Assembly: GCA_045635905.1 (NCBI GenBank)
Contig: JAZTWN010000055.1
Location: 1,894 to 65,893, forward strand
Direction of reading: 5' to 3'
Source: Acutalibacteraceae bacterium
Lineage (GTDB): Bacteria > Bacillota > Clostridia > Oscillospirales > Acutalibacteraceae
DNA: 64,000 nt
Below are positions 18,223 to 26,648 of the stretch, one piece after another. The notes under the pieces were generated by a model. That model was not told where the DNA came from, searched no databases, and saw nothing but the letters and a program-made list of their open reading frames with translations. Positions within the stretch are counted from its first letter, which is position 1, and every line of letters begins with the position of its first letter. A program made the position numbers and the translations under genes.

Positions 18223-19710
18223 TTATTTGTTAAGTCCGAATTTTTTCTTTTTTTCTCCGTAGCCGTATTTTTTGTAGCCATACCCGTAACCGTATCCGTA
18301 TCCGTATCCGTATCCATAGCCTCTGCCATAGCCGTACGAGGAAATGCCTGTGACCGTGCCGTTAAGAATACAGCCGAACACAGATACGTCTGTTGAAAGA
18401 AGGTTGTCTATACCCGAACGGATTTTTGATATTCTTACCGTATCCTGATGAATAACGTAAATTGCAGCATCGGCAGCGGCAGAAATATGCATCGCATCAG
18501 AAATAAGTCCGCAAGGCGGTGTATCAATAAAGATATAATCGTAGTTTGCTTTGATTCCGTCAATAACCTGGCTTATGGCCTTAATGCAGCCGAAGGGATT
18601 CTTCTCATTCTCAGGCTCAATAAGCATAACGTCAAGCCCGTATTTATCAAGCTTATTAAGGCTGAAAACTGCGTCGTCATAACGGAAGCTTTCACAAAAG
18701 GTAATTTCATCACTGTCCTTTTCGGTTAAGAGTGCCTCTATAACACTTGGATGATGAAGGTCTGCATCCACAAGAAGTACCTTTTTTCCGACAGGAACAA
18801 GGGACAATGCAAAATTAACAGCAGTGGTTGTCTTTCCCTCGCCGGGTGCGGTGCTTGTAACCATAAATACCTTCTTGTCCTTTGCCGTATTGATAAACAC
18901 GTTTCTGATCACTCGGAAGGACTCAAGGAAATCAGAGGGGATTTTTTCATTTGTAAAAATTACATGCCTGTCCTCAGGCTTGGTATACTTTTTGAAAACA
19001 ACTCCGGGAACAGCTCCCAGTGCATTGAGATTAAGCTCTCGCTGAATATCATCACCTGTTCTTATTGTTCTTCTCATAAATGCATATAGAAGAATAAAGA
19101 ACACACCGATAATCACACCGATTGCTGCACCCTCGGTCGCGTTGCTCACATAATTTGCCTTGTTATATGCAGAGCTTGCAACAACAGGTGCTTCAATCAT
19201 ATCAAATCTTATATTTCCGACAACGTATTTTGCAGCATCGGGATAATTCTCGATAGCGCATACAAGCACGTCGTAAACCAACTGGGGATCGGTTCCGCTT
19301 GCAGACAGAGTGAAAAGATTCGTGCCTGCAACGGAGGATGCACTGAGGCTCGCAGGAAGATAACTCAGCTCAAGGTCATTTTTAATTGCATCCTGCAGAA
19401 TATTACTCTGAAGAATATAAGGGAAGGTTTCTGTAAGCTGCGAGGTGGATGAAGCATCATAATAAAACGAGTATGATGAAATTCCGCTGATTGAAGACTG
19501 ACTTGTCTGGGTGCTTATTGTAAACGTTGCAGAGGATCTGTAATAAGGCACGTATCCCTTGTAATCACTTACAAAGCGCATACCGCCGATGACAAGTGCA
19601 AGAGCCACGCAGATCCACCATAATTTTTTTGCACCCTTCAGAAAGTCTGTAAAGTATATAACAACGTGATTACCTGCAGCGTTTTTGTTTTTATTTTCTG
19701 AATTGCTCAT
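18223..19710 (-). CDS. Fused chain-length-determinant (Wzz) / bacterial tyrosine kinase (BY-kinase), copy 1, with (GY)n tail
   Basis: Two TM helices flank an extracellular Wzz-like region. Walker A TSTAPGEGKTT, Walker A' LLVDADLHHP, Walker B IFIDTPPCG. The C-terminal tail is SSYGYGRGYGYGYGYGYGYGYGYKKYGYGEKKKK. Confidence 0.85.
   Translation of the reverse strand: MSNSENKNKNAAGNHVVIYFTDFLKGAKKLWWICVALALVIGGMRFVSDYKGYVPYYRSSATFTISTQTSQSSISGISSYSFYYDASSTSQLTETFPYILQSNILQDAIKNDLELSYLPASLSASSVAGTNLFTLSASGTDPQLVYDVLVCAIENYPDAAKYVVGNIRFDMIEAPVVASSAYNKANYVSNATEGAAIGVIIGVFFILLYAFMRRTIRTGDDIQRELNLNALGAVPGVVFKKYTKPEDRHVIFTNEKIPSDFLESFRVIRNVFINTAKDKKVFMVTSTAPGEGKTTTAVNFALSLVPVGKKVLLVDADLHHPSVIEALLTEKDSDEITFCESFRYDDAVFSLNKLDKYGLDVMLIEPENEKNPFGCIKAISQVIDGIKANYDYIFIDTPPCGLISDAMHISAAADAAIYVIHQDTVRISKIRSGIDNLLSTDVSVFGCILNGTVTGISSYGYGRGYGYGYGYGYGYGYGYKKYGYGEKKKKFGLNK
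18274..18336 (-). repeat. In-frame hexanucleotide (TAC-GGN) microsatellite encoding the (Y-G) tyrosine cluster of BY-kinase 1
   Basis: 21 consecutive codons alternate Tyr and Gly (with one Arg). Four perfect tandem GTATCC units lie at 18292-18315 on the plus strand. Confidence 0.8.
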
Positions 19711-19731
19711 CTGATTTTTCCGTTTCTGAAT

Positions 19732-21249
19732 TTATTTTCTCTCTGTTCTGTTTTTAAGGTAGTTGTAGTAGGAGGACGCGTGAAAATATTTTGAATAATT
19801 TCCGTAACGTCCGTAGCTACCGTACTTTCCGTATCTGTCATATTTTCCGTACTTTGAATACTTGTGATGATAGTAAGAGCCTGTTTCGTCTGCACCGAAA
19901 AGATTGAAGGGCACGAGCTCCTGATAAAGATCGTTAAGGATACAGCCTGCAAGATTCACACCTGAATCCCTGAGTGTCATTAGAGCATTGTTTATAACGT
20001 CAACCTTTACTGTATCTGTTCTTACTATCATAAGAAGCTTATCTGCAAATTTAGCAATTGCAGAGGTTGAGGAGTCCGCAGAAACAGGAGCAGTATCAAT
20101 AATAACGTAATCAACCATATCGGATACTGCAGCTACAAATTTTTCAAGCTTTCCGCTTTCAACCCATGATGTACTGTCGCTGTGTCTTTTTGTATTGAGA
20201 GCAAGATACAGGGACGTATCCTTATATTTTCTGAACTTGATTTTTTCATCAACCGGATTATTGAGATATTCGCCGACCTCATACTGACGAATATATTCGG
20301 CATCAAATATTTTGTAAAGCGCAGGCTTTTTGAAGTCAAAGTCAAGAAGAAGCACCTTCTTGCCCTTGCTTGCAAGTGAAAGCGCAATATTTGTAGCAAC
20401 CGTAGACTTGCCTTCATTTTCAGCAATACTTGATATAACGAAGACCTTATCTCCGTTACGGCGGTTCATAAATTCAAGCTTTGCGGAGATCTTATGAAAA
20501 TTCTCAACAAAAGAAAAGCTTACGAAGGCATTGGAATAAATACGCAACGACTGCTTCTTTCTTTTGAGAATATCCTTAATCGTTCTTCGTTTTCTTTCGT
20601 GCATAACAGTGCTTATGAGCCGTGCATCTATTTTTTCTCTGAAATCCTCTTCATCCTTAACGGTATCGCGGAGAACGGAAATAACAACAATAAGGAAGGC
20701 TGCAACTATAGCAGCACCGGAATACAAAAGACTCTTATCATCGGAATCAATACTGTTTGAAGGAGCAACAGGCACAGAGGGTGCCTTGAGCTGCATTACC
20801 GTTGCATTAGAGAAAATATACTCGGATACCGAAGGATAAACAGCAATTACCGCCTTTAAAAGCTCATATGAATTCTGAGGACTTTTGCTTGTTACGCTGA
20901 TTGTTATAAAATTAGTTCCCGCCTTTACCGAGGAGCTGACGCTTCCGTTGAAGCTGCGACCAAGATATTCGCCTGCTTTCGTTTTTACGATGGGATCGGT
21001 AAAAACGTTGGCAAAAATCTTTGCAAGGTCTGAAGATACGGTATAATTTGCATAGGTGGATGTGCTTGAGCCCTTTGCGGAAACAACCATGGTTGCAGAT
21101 GCGGTATACTCAGGCTCGTAAACGTACTCCTCAGCAATATAAACGCCCATACGGCAGCAAAGAAGCACAAGAACAACTATCCAGCAATTTTTTATAAGAT
21201 CCTTGAGCACGGAATGTATCTCAAAGGAGATGCGCTTATTTTTCATCAT
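19732..21249 (-). CDS. Fused Wzz / BY-kinase, copy 2, with K/R-Y-G-rich tail
   Basis: Same architecture as copy 1. Walker A SSIAENEGKST, A' LLLDFDFKKP, Walker B VIIDTAPV. The tail is GSYYHHKYSKYGKYDRYGKYGSYGRYGNYSKYFHASSYYNY. The track start is TTG. I chose the ATG at 21249 (MMKNKR), 1 nt after the upstream TGA. Confidence 0.8.
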   Translation of the reverse strand: MMKNKRISFEIHSVLKDLIKNCWIVVLVLLCCRMGVYIAEEYVYEPEYTASATMVVSAKGSSTSTYANYTVSSDLAKIFANVFTDPIVKTKAGEYLGRSFNGSVSSSVKAGTNFITISVTSKSPQNSYELLKAVIAVYPSVSEYIFSNATVMQLKAPSVPVAPSNSIDSDDKSLLYSGAAIVAAFLIVVISVLRDTVKDEEDFREKIDARLISTVMHERKRRTIKDILKRKKQSLRIYSNAFVSFSFVENFHKISAKLEFMNRRNGDKVFVISSIAENEGKSTVATNIALSLASKGKKVLLLDFDFKKPALYKIFDAEYIRQYEVGEYLNNPVDEKIKFRKYKDTSLYLALNTKRHSDSTSWVESGKLEKFVAAVSDMVDYVIIDTAPVSADSSTSAIAKFADKLLMIVRTDTVKVDVINNALMTLRDSGVNLAGCILNDLYQELVPFNLFGADETGSYYHHKYSKYGKYDRYGKYGSYGRYGNYSKYFHASSYYNYLKNRTERK

Positions 21250-21250
21250 A

Positions 21251-22072
21251 TCATTTTCCCACAATCACAATCAGAATAGTGTGACCCTTTTCCCCTCTGT
21301 CATCGACTGCATAATAGTGAACAATATAAGTACCCTCTTTGTTAACGTTGAGATTTGTATCAACAGTAACGTCATCAGTAATATCGTCCTCGTTATAATC
21401 AACCGCACTGACAATAAACTGCTCGGGATCGGTTTCCTCGCCCTTATCGATATAAAGAATGTAATCTGACAACTCAATCTCGGGAGCAGAAAGACTTCTT
21501 TTTTCAACTATGAGAGGAAATGAGATATTCGCCGTATCGCCCTTTGAGTTTGTTGCGGTAGCATCAATCGTAAAAACACCCTCGGTGGCACTTGCATAAT
21601 CGTTTGACGTAAGTATAAGATTACCGTCGATATTTCCGTCAAAGCAATCAGTTACACTTATTGCATTTTTAAGATTAACCGTTTCATAAATCGAATAACA
21701 TAAAGATCTGTTGAGTACGTATTTCGGTGATTCATAATCTGTATATTTAACCTTTCTGACTGCCGTTGCCACATGGTTATCAGCGTCACAAACCGCATAA
21801 GTAACCTTGCAGATACCGGGCTTTATAAAAGTAGACACAGACTCAACAATTAACTTTGAGGTAAGGTCACCGTCCTTCTCATCAAATGCGGTTACACCGT
21901 CAAGAAAATCCGAATCCTTCGCCGAAACGCTAAGCTCAAGCACGTCATCCTCCAGAGTTATCACGGGAAGAGTGGTATCTGTTGACATCAGATTTGTAAT
22001 ATATGTATATCCGAACACAGCAGTCACAGCTATAAACACGACTATGACGGCTATTCTATAGATTTTCATCAT
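21251..22072 (-). CDS. N-terminally membrane-anchored protein with tandem bacterial Ig-like (DUF5011/HYR-like) repeats, function unknown
   Basis: MMKIYRIAVIVVFIAVTAVFGYTY signal-anchor. Two repeats of the type GVTAFDEKDGDLTSKLIVES ... KVTYAVCDADNH and VSAVDYNEDDITDDVTVDTNLNVNKEGTYIVHYYAVDDRGE follow. The track start is TTG. I chose the ATG at 22072, downstream of GAGGAG. Confidence 0.5.
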   Translation of the reverse strand: MMKIYRIAVIVVFIAVTAVFGYTYITNLMSTDTTLPVITLEDDVLELSVSAKDSDFLDGVTAFDEKDGDLTSKLIVESVSTFIKPGICKVTYAVCDADNHVATAVRKVKYTDYESPKYVLNRSLCYSIYETVNLKNAISVTDCFDGNIDGNLILTSNDYASATEGVFTIDATATNSKGDTANISFPLIVEKRSLSAPEIELSDYILYIDKGEETDPEQFIVSAVDYNEDDITDDVTVDTNLNVNKEGTYIVHYYAVDDRGEKGHTILIVIVGK

Positions 22073-22094
22073 AAAATTTTCTCTCCTCAAAAAA

Positions 22095-22826
22095 TCAATA
22101 AGCTATTACATCCTTGTTTTCAATTACACACAGGGCATTTTTTTCAAAAAGCACCTCAGCGTAATCAAAGGAATAATTTTCAGCAACAAATTCAAACGCC
22201 TCACCAAGATACGGAGTTCTGCGATAAGGACTGTGTGCATCACTTGCAACAAAATCAGCATACGCTCTGTCAAGCACTCTTTTTGCAGCTTCATAAGCTG
22301 AACGCCCGAAGCTGCCCTGCAGACTGCCCTTATTCAGCTGAAGCAGACAGCCCATATTCCTGAGCTTTATTACAGCCTCCTCATCCTCACAGAAAAATGC
22401 ATAGCGTTCAGGATGAGCAACTATTGGCTTGTAGCCCTCTGCAAGCAATCTTTTGAGCTTATGGTAAACAGATGACGAATGCTCATAAAAATCGAACTCA
22501 ACAAGAGGATATAAGGACTTATTCAGAGTTATAAGCTTCCCCTCGGAAAGAAGACTCATAAAGCCCTCGTTACAGAAAATTTCCTGACCGGGATAAAGAC
22601 TGACGTCACATCCACGCTGACTGAGCCTTTCGTTAAGCTGATTTATCATCAAATCGAATTCCGGCTCCCACATATTCCTATAAGTTCCGGGAACGTTACA
22701 GTGCGGAGTAGCTATAATTTTTTCAGTTCCGCCCTTGAAGGCAAGAAGAGCCATTTCAACGGATTCTTCAGCACTTACAGAGCCATCGTCAAGACCGTAC
22801 AAAATATGACAATGAATATCAATCAT
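22095..22826 (-). CDS. Capsule tyrosine-protein phosphatase, PHP family (CpsB/YwqE type)
   Basis: MIDIHCHILYGLDDGS N-terminus, plus ATPH and SDAHS metal-binding motifs, 243 aa. RBS GGGGAGGTG 6 nt upstream. Confidence 0.9.
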   Translation of the reverse strand: MIDIHCHILYGLDDGSVSAEESVEMALLAFKGGTEKIIATPHCNVPGTYRNMWEPEFDLMINQLNERLSQRGCDVSLYPGQEIFCNEGFMSLLSEGKLITLNKSLYPLVEFDFYEHSSSVYHKLKRLLAEGYKPIVAHPERYAFFCEDEEAVIKLRNMGCLLQLNKGSLQGSFGRSAYEAAKRVLDRAYADFVASDAHSPYRRTPYLGEAFEFVAENYSFDYAEVLFEKNALCVIENKDVIAY

Positions 22827-22862
22827 CAGCTACACCTCCCCACACTATTCGACATTATTTTA

Positions 22863-22891
22863 AGTTTACACCCAAAATAATTAAAAGTCAA
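22863..22891 (-). promoter_or_regulatory. Candidate sigma70-type promoter of the main EPS operon (TTGACT-17-TAAACT)
   Basis: On the minus strand, TTGACT (22891-22886), a 17-nt spacer and TAAACT (22868-22863) lie about 35 nt upstream of the cpsB-like ATG. The site is directly downstream of the epimerase terminator. Confidence 0.35.
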
Positions 22892-22922
22892 TACGTATGC
22901 ATATATATAATCCTATATAAAT

Positions 22923-22946
22923 AAAAAAACTGACCCGAAGGCCAGC
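22923..22946 (-). terminator. Rho-independent terminator after the epimerase gene
   Basis: The minus-strand RNA is CUGGCC-UUCG-GGUCAG: a 6-bp stem with one G-U pair and a UUCG tetraloop, followed by UUUUUUU. Confidence 0.55.
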
Positions 22947-22957
22947 ATTTTTACAAA

Positions 22958-24028
22958 TTACATATAAAATTCCTTGTACCACTTACTGAATCTGCGAAGT
23001 CCTTCCCTGAGTGAGGTAGAGGGTCTGAAGCCGAAATCCTCCTCAAGTGGACTTGTATCAGCGAAGGTAACGGGTACGTCACCTGCCTGCATCGGAACAA
23101 GTTTTTTGTGGCTTTCAAAATCATAATCCTCGGGAAGCACACCAGCCGATACCAGTTCCTGCTGAAGAATATCAACAAAATCAAGCAGATTCTCGGGATT
23201 TGAATTGCCGATATTATAAACCCTGTAGGGCGGCACGGGCAGTCCGTCCTCTCCGTTTTTCTTTTCCGGAGCACACATCATTATGCGTTTTACACCTTCA
23301 ACAATATCGTCAACGTAGGTAAAGTCGCGCTTGCAGTTACCGAAATTGAAAATTTCGATATCTTCATTCTTTATAAGCTTGTTAGTAAAGCCGAAATATG
23401 CCATATCGGGTCTTCCTGCAGGACCGTAAACGGTAAAAAAGCGAAGACCTGTAGAGGGAATATTATAAAGCTTGGAATACGAATGAGCAAAAAGCTCGTT
23501 GCTCTTTTTTGTTGCAGCATAAAGGCTTACGGGGTTATCTACCTTATCGTCAGTGCTGTAGGGAATTTTTTTGTTTGTTCCGTATACGCTTGAAGAGCTG
23601 GCATAAACAAGATGCTTCACAGGGAAATTCCTGCATGCTTCAAGAATATTGTAAAAGCCGATGATATTACTTCTGATATACGAATCGGGATTGGTGATTG
23701 AGTAACGAACACCTGCCTGCGCAGCAAGATTCACAACCACGTCAAAGCCGTATTTTGCAAACACGGAATCAACAAGCTCCTTATCAGCAATATCACCTCT
23801 GATAAAGGTCCACTCACAGGAGGCTTTTTCTGCCACCTTCTTCTCTATTTCAGAAAGACGGTATTCCTTTATGGAAACATCGTAGTAGTCATTCATATTG
23901 TCAAATCCGACTATTCTGATTCCCTCAACAGTTTCAAGAAGTTCAAGCACAAGGTGAGCACCGACAAAGCCTGCAGCACCGGTTACAAGAACAGTGGAAT
24001 TCTCAAGAATAACGTTTCTTTCGAGCAT
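22958..24028 (-). CDS. NAD-dependent epimerase, UDP-glucuronate 4-epimerase-like (CapI/Cap1J type)
   Basis: VTGAAGFVGAHL Rossmann motif, YAATK (YxxxK), 356 aa extended SDR. RBS GGGGTG is present. The gene has its own promoter and terminator. Confidence 0.8.
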   Translation of the reverse strand: MLERNVILENSTVLVTGAAGFVGAHLVLELLETVEGIRIVGFDNMNDYYDVSIKEYRLSEIEKKVAEKASCEWTFIRGDIADKELVDSVFAKYGFDVVVNLAAQAGVRYSITNPDSYIRSNIIGFYNILEACRNFPVKHLVYASSSSVYGTNKKIPYSTDDKVDNPVSLYAATKKSNELFAHSYSKLYNIPSTGLRFFTVYGPAGRPDMAYFGFTNKLIKNEDIEIFNFGNCKRDFTYVDDIVEGVKRIMMCAPEKKNGEDGLPVPPYRVYNIGNSNPENLLDFVDILQQELVSAGVLPEDYDFESHKKLVPMQAGDVPVTFADTSPLEEDFGFRPSTSLREGLRRFSKWYKEFYM

Positions 24029-24067
24029 AATACACCCCTAAAAAATTTACATTTTGTTAACATTATG

Positions 24068-24096
24068 ATAATATGGCATCAATCACCATTTGTCAA
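24068..24096 (-). promoter_or_regulatory. Near-consensus sigma70 promoter (TTGACA-17-TATTAT) for the epimerase gene
   Basis: On the minus strand, TTGACA (24096-24091), a 17-nt spacer and TATTAT (24073-24068) lie about 40 nt upstream of the ATG at 24028. Confidence 0.6.
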
Positions 24097-24262
24097 TAAT
24101 ATGAATAATTTTATGTAATTCCTGTCTGTCAGAATAGTGATTTTATACATTTTTAAATGTCACTTTTTTGTCATTGAGCAATTATCACAAATCAAGCATC
24201 ACGCAAAATATATTGATACTGCTTTATTTTTTTTAATTACACCAGTATCACATTTTTGTTCT

Positions 24263-24538
24263 TCAGACCAACAGATTCAACTCTTTTAATTGTCCAATAA
24301 AAGCCGTAACGTCCTCACGTGCTTCATTTTCAGAAACAGAAAATTCTGACGTAATTTCGCGGACTATTTCATCAATATTTTTTTCAGTCTGAAGCGACTG
24401 CCATATAGCCGCACTGACAGAATTCAGCACAATAAGCTGAGAAGGATTTTCCGTATTGCTCACGGAAATCGCAAGATACTCCCCTGCGACCTCACGCAGA
24501 ATGAAGCCGCTTCTGACTCTGAATTTTTCATCAGACAT
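24263..24538 (-). CDS. PqqD-family peptide chaperone (RiPP recognition element)
   Basis: MSDEKFRVRSGFILREVAGEYLAISVS...LIVLNSVSAAIWQSLQTEKNIDEIVREITSEFSVSENEAREDVTAFIGQLKELNLLV shows the PqqD pattern (beta-strands, then LNxxxxxIW, then D(V/I)xxFlxxL). I chose the ATG at 24538 (GGGGTGA 5 nt upstream) over the track start. Confidence 0.8.
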   Translation of the reverse strand: MSDEKFRVRSGFILREVAGEYLAISVSNTENPSQLIVLNSVSAAIWQSLQTEKNIDEIVREITSEFSVSENEAREDVTAFIGQLKELNLLV

Positions 24539-24643
24539 AATATCACCCCATAAGAATAATAGCACATTTATTTTTCACATACAACAAAATTTGCAAAAAT
24601 ACAAAAAAAGTCTGAATTTTACAAAATTTTAACAAATGTCGGG

Positions 24644-24672
24644 TTGACATAATATGATAGTAGTATTATAAT
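24644..24672 (+). promoter_or_regulatory. Perfect-consensus sigma70 promoter (TTGACA-17-TATAAT) driving the HprK-like/rSAM/giant/peptide operon
   Basis: TTGACA at 24644-24649, a 17-nt spacer, and TATAAT at 24667-24672, which is 31 nt upstream of the ATG at 24704. Confidence 0.65.
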
Positions 24673-24703
24673 ATCAAATTATAATATATAGGATTGTGGG
24701 TTA

Positions 24704-25516
24704 ATGGACAAATTTTATGATATCTGCAACAGAATAATTAAAATTGACTCTCCGTATTTCCCCGATGCGGCTATAACGCACGATGAATTTCTTGCCAATG
24801 TCGCAACACCCGATATATGTATTACAGTCAGAGCCGATGACTTTTTACCCGAAAAAGCCCGATTCGGTAGCACTGATAATATTTTCCGCTATCATCCGAT
24901 GGGAACAGAGGAAGGCAGCCTCACGGTATATGACAAAAGTAATCACCGTAGTAGTGAAACGTTCGTCGTGAAGAAGAATATGAAGGTTACTCTTGATGAG
25001 CGCTATTTCTGGAGCAGCATTTCATTTGCATCAATAATGCTTCAGGAAAAAATTCTGTTTTTCCACGCATCATTCATTGAGATTAACGGTGAAGGCATTA
25101 TTTTTACTGCTCCGTCAGGGACAGGGAAAAGCACTCAGGCAAGACTGTGGCAGGAGCACAAGGGCGCTAACGTCATAAACGGTGACAAGGCAGGAATTTT
25201 ACTGCAAGACAAAAGGGCGATTGCATGCGGAGTTCCCTTCTGCGGAACAAGCGGAATATGCAAAAACAGAAGTGTTCCGCTGAAAGCAATTGTTCTGCTC
25301 AGTCAAGCAAAACAGAATACCGTGTGCGAAATAAACGGTGCGGCGGCAATAGCACCGCTGATGCAGAACGTTCACCTCGACCTCGCGGCAGCAGATGATC
25401 GGCTTGCTTGCATTGACCTGCTCATTGAGCTTCTCGGAAACACGGCTGTACTGCAGCTCGGATGCACGCCCGACAAATCGGCAGTTGACACACTTGCCGG
25501 ATATCTCGGGATGTAA
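24704..25516 (+). CDS. HPr-kinase-like P-loop protein (HprK C-terminal domain homologue)
   Basis: FHASFIEINGEGIIFTAPSGTGKSTQARLWQEHKGANVINGDKAGI aligns with the HprK/P core pattern H-G-x-x-V...G-x-G-V-L-I-x-G-x-S-G-x-GKS...L-V-x-DD. 270 aa. Confidence 0.7.
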   Translation: MDKFYDICNRIIKIDSPYFPDAAITHDEFLANVATPDICITVRADDFLPEKARFGSTDNIFRYHPMGTEEGSLTVYDKSNHRSSETFVVKKNMKVTLDERYFWSSISFASIMLQEKILFFHASFIEINGEGIIFTAPSGTGKSTQARLWQEHKGANVINGDKAGILLQDKRAIACGVPFCGTSGICKNRSVPLKAIVLLSQAKQNTVCEINGAAAIAPLMQNVHLDLAAADDRLACIDLLIELLGNTAVLQLGCTPDKSAVDTLAGYLGM

Positions 25517-25532
25517 AAAGGAGGGGTGCTTA

Positions 25533-26648
25533 TTGGAAATTAATTACGATTTACTGCTGAGCAGAATGTTTATTAATGCCGAAGCAAACGGAGTGCCTCT
25601 CGGAGCAACCTTTGAGCTGACGGCCGACTGTCCTCTTAACTGTAAGATGTGCTACATTCATCAGAAGAATTGCCGACAGGCGGATAAGCTTCGCGAGAAG
25701 GATACCGATTGGTGGCTCAATCTTATTGATAAGGCAAAGAAAAAAGGAGTTTTTCTTATTCTTCTTACAGGCGGTGAGCCGCTTATGAGGAAGGATTTCA
25801 AGGAAATATACGTTGCCTGTAAGCAAGCAGGCTTTATGGTTTCCGTAAACACAAACGGAGTGCTTATAGACGACGAAATAATTACACTTTTTACAAGCCT
25901 TCCGCCGCAAAGAGTCAACGTCACTCTGTACGGCACGTCGGCTGAAACGTATAAAAGCCTGTGCGGCAGCGCTGAAGCCTACAACAAGGTTATGACCGCA
26001 ATAGCAAGGCTTAAGGAAGCGAAAATTAACGTCAAGCTGAATTATTCGGTAACACCGCATAACAGATGCGATTGCGAATCGGCTCTCAGCTTTGCAAAAA
26101 ACGAGAGCTTGAAAATGCAACCCGTCACCTACATATATCCCCCTGTAAGAAGCACGGGTGAGGCAGTAAGACTCAGCGCGGAGGATGCAGCAATGGAGCA
26201 TTTTCTGTGGCAAAGACGACTGCTTGGTGATGCGGATATGCTGGAATACGCAAAAGCTCAGCTATCTCCCGATAAAACGGAATCCGAGGATCCGGAATGC
26301 GGTGAAAAAATCAATTGCAGAGCGGGACTTTCAACCCTATGGGTGACCTTTGACGGTTATATGCTCCCCTGCGGTATGATGACAACACCAAAAATTGAAA
26401 TTAAGGATTTTGACGAAGCGTGGCAGTATATACGCCGCGAACGTGAAAATATAATTCTTCCGAAGCAGTGTACCACCTGTGGAGACAGAAAAATCTGCGA
26501 TATATGCGCAGCTGTGGCTTACGCTGAAGCAGGAGAATACGGCGGTGTTCCCCGTTACGCCTGTAAAAAGGCAAAGGAATACAAAAAGCTTTGTAAAAAC
26601 TTCATTGAAGAAATGAATTCTATGTTTTCAGGAGGTTCAGAAAAATGA
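25533..26648 (+). CDS. Radical SAM enzyme with C-terminal SPASM domain (peptide/protein-modifying maturase)
   Basis: CX3CX2C cluster (CPLNCKMC), GGEPL SAM-binding motif, and SPASM cysteines (C-x17-C with GYMLPC, then CTTCGDRKICDIC, and a later C). The TTG start at 25533 is preceded by AAAGGAGGGG at 6 nt. The track ORF start at 25395 would overlap the HprK-like gene. Confidence 0.9.
   Translation: MEINYDLLLSRMFINAEANGVPLGATFELTADCPLNCKMCYIHQKNCRQADKLREKDTDWWLNLIDKAKKKGVFLILLTGGEPLMRKDFKEIYVACKQAGFMVSVNTNGVLIDDEIITLFTSLPPQRVNVTLYGTSAETYKSLCGSAEAYNKVMTAIARLKEAKINVKLNYSVTPHNRCDCESALSFAKNESLKMQPVTYIYPPVRSTGEAVRLSAEDAAMEHFLWQRRLLGDADMLEYAKAQLSPDKTESEDPECGEKINCRAGLSTLWVTFDGYMLPCGMMTTPKIEIKDFDEAWQYIRRERENIILPKQCTTCGDRKICDICAAVAYAEAGEYGGVPRYACKKAKEYKKLCKNFIEEMNSMFSGGSEK

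Noticed and set aside
24147-24160. A 14-bp palindrome ACATTT-TT-AAATGT between the PqqD gene end and the epimerase promoter, a possible operator or activator site.
   Set aside because: It is short and AT-only in a very AT-rich intergenic region, so it is expected by chance. No regulator gene is adjacent and no second copy was seen.
24029-24262. The idea that the EPS promoter region could be an invertible (phase-variable) element, as in Bacteroides capsule loci.
   Set aside because: I found no flanking inverted repeats of useful length around the promoter. There is no serine or tyrosine recombinase gene anywhere in the window.
24539-24643. A possible promoter for the PqqD gene (minus strand, TTGTAT-17-TGcTATTAT).
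   Set aside because: The -10 lies so close to the GGGGTGA RBS that the transcript would barely include it, and the -35 is poor. I could not support it well enough to list it as a feature. The true PqqD promoter remains unassigned.
25395-25532. N-terminal extension of the radical SAM ORF as listed in the track (start 25395), overlapping the HprK-like gene by 122 nt.
   Set aside because: The extension has no RBS. A TTG at 25533 sits 6 nt after AAAGGAGGGG, right behind the HprK-like stop, and gives a normal rSAM N-terminus about 30 aa before CX3CX2C.
25551-26213. A 220-aa minus-strand ORF opposite the radical SAM gene (also 25661-25936).
   Set aside because: It is antisense to a gene with unambiguous rSAM/SPASM motifs. 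Its composition is Cys/Arg/Leu-rich with no recognisable domain, and it has no RBS.
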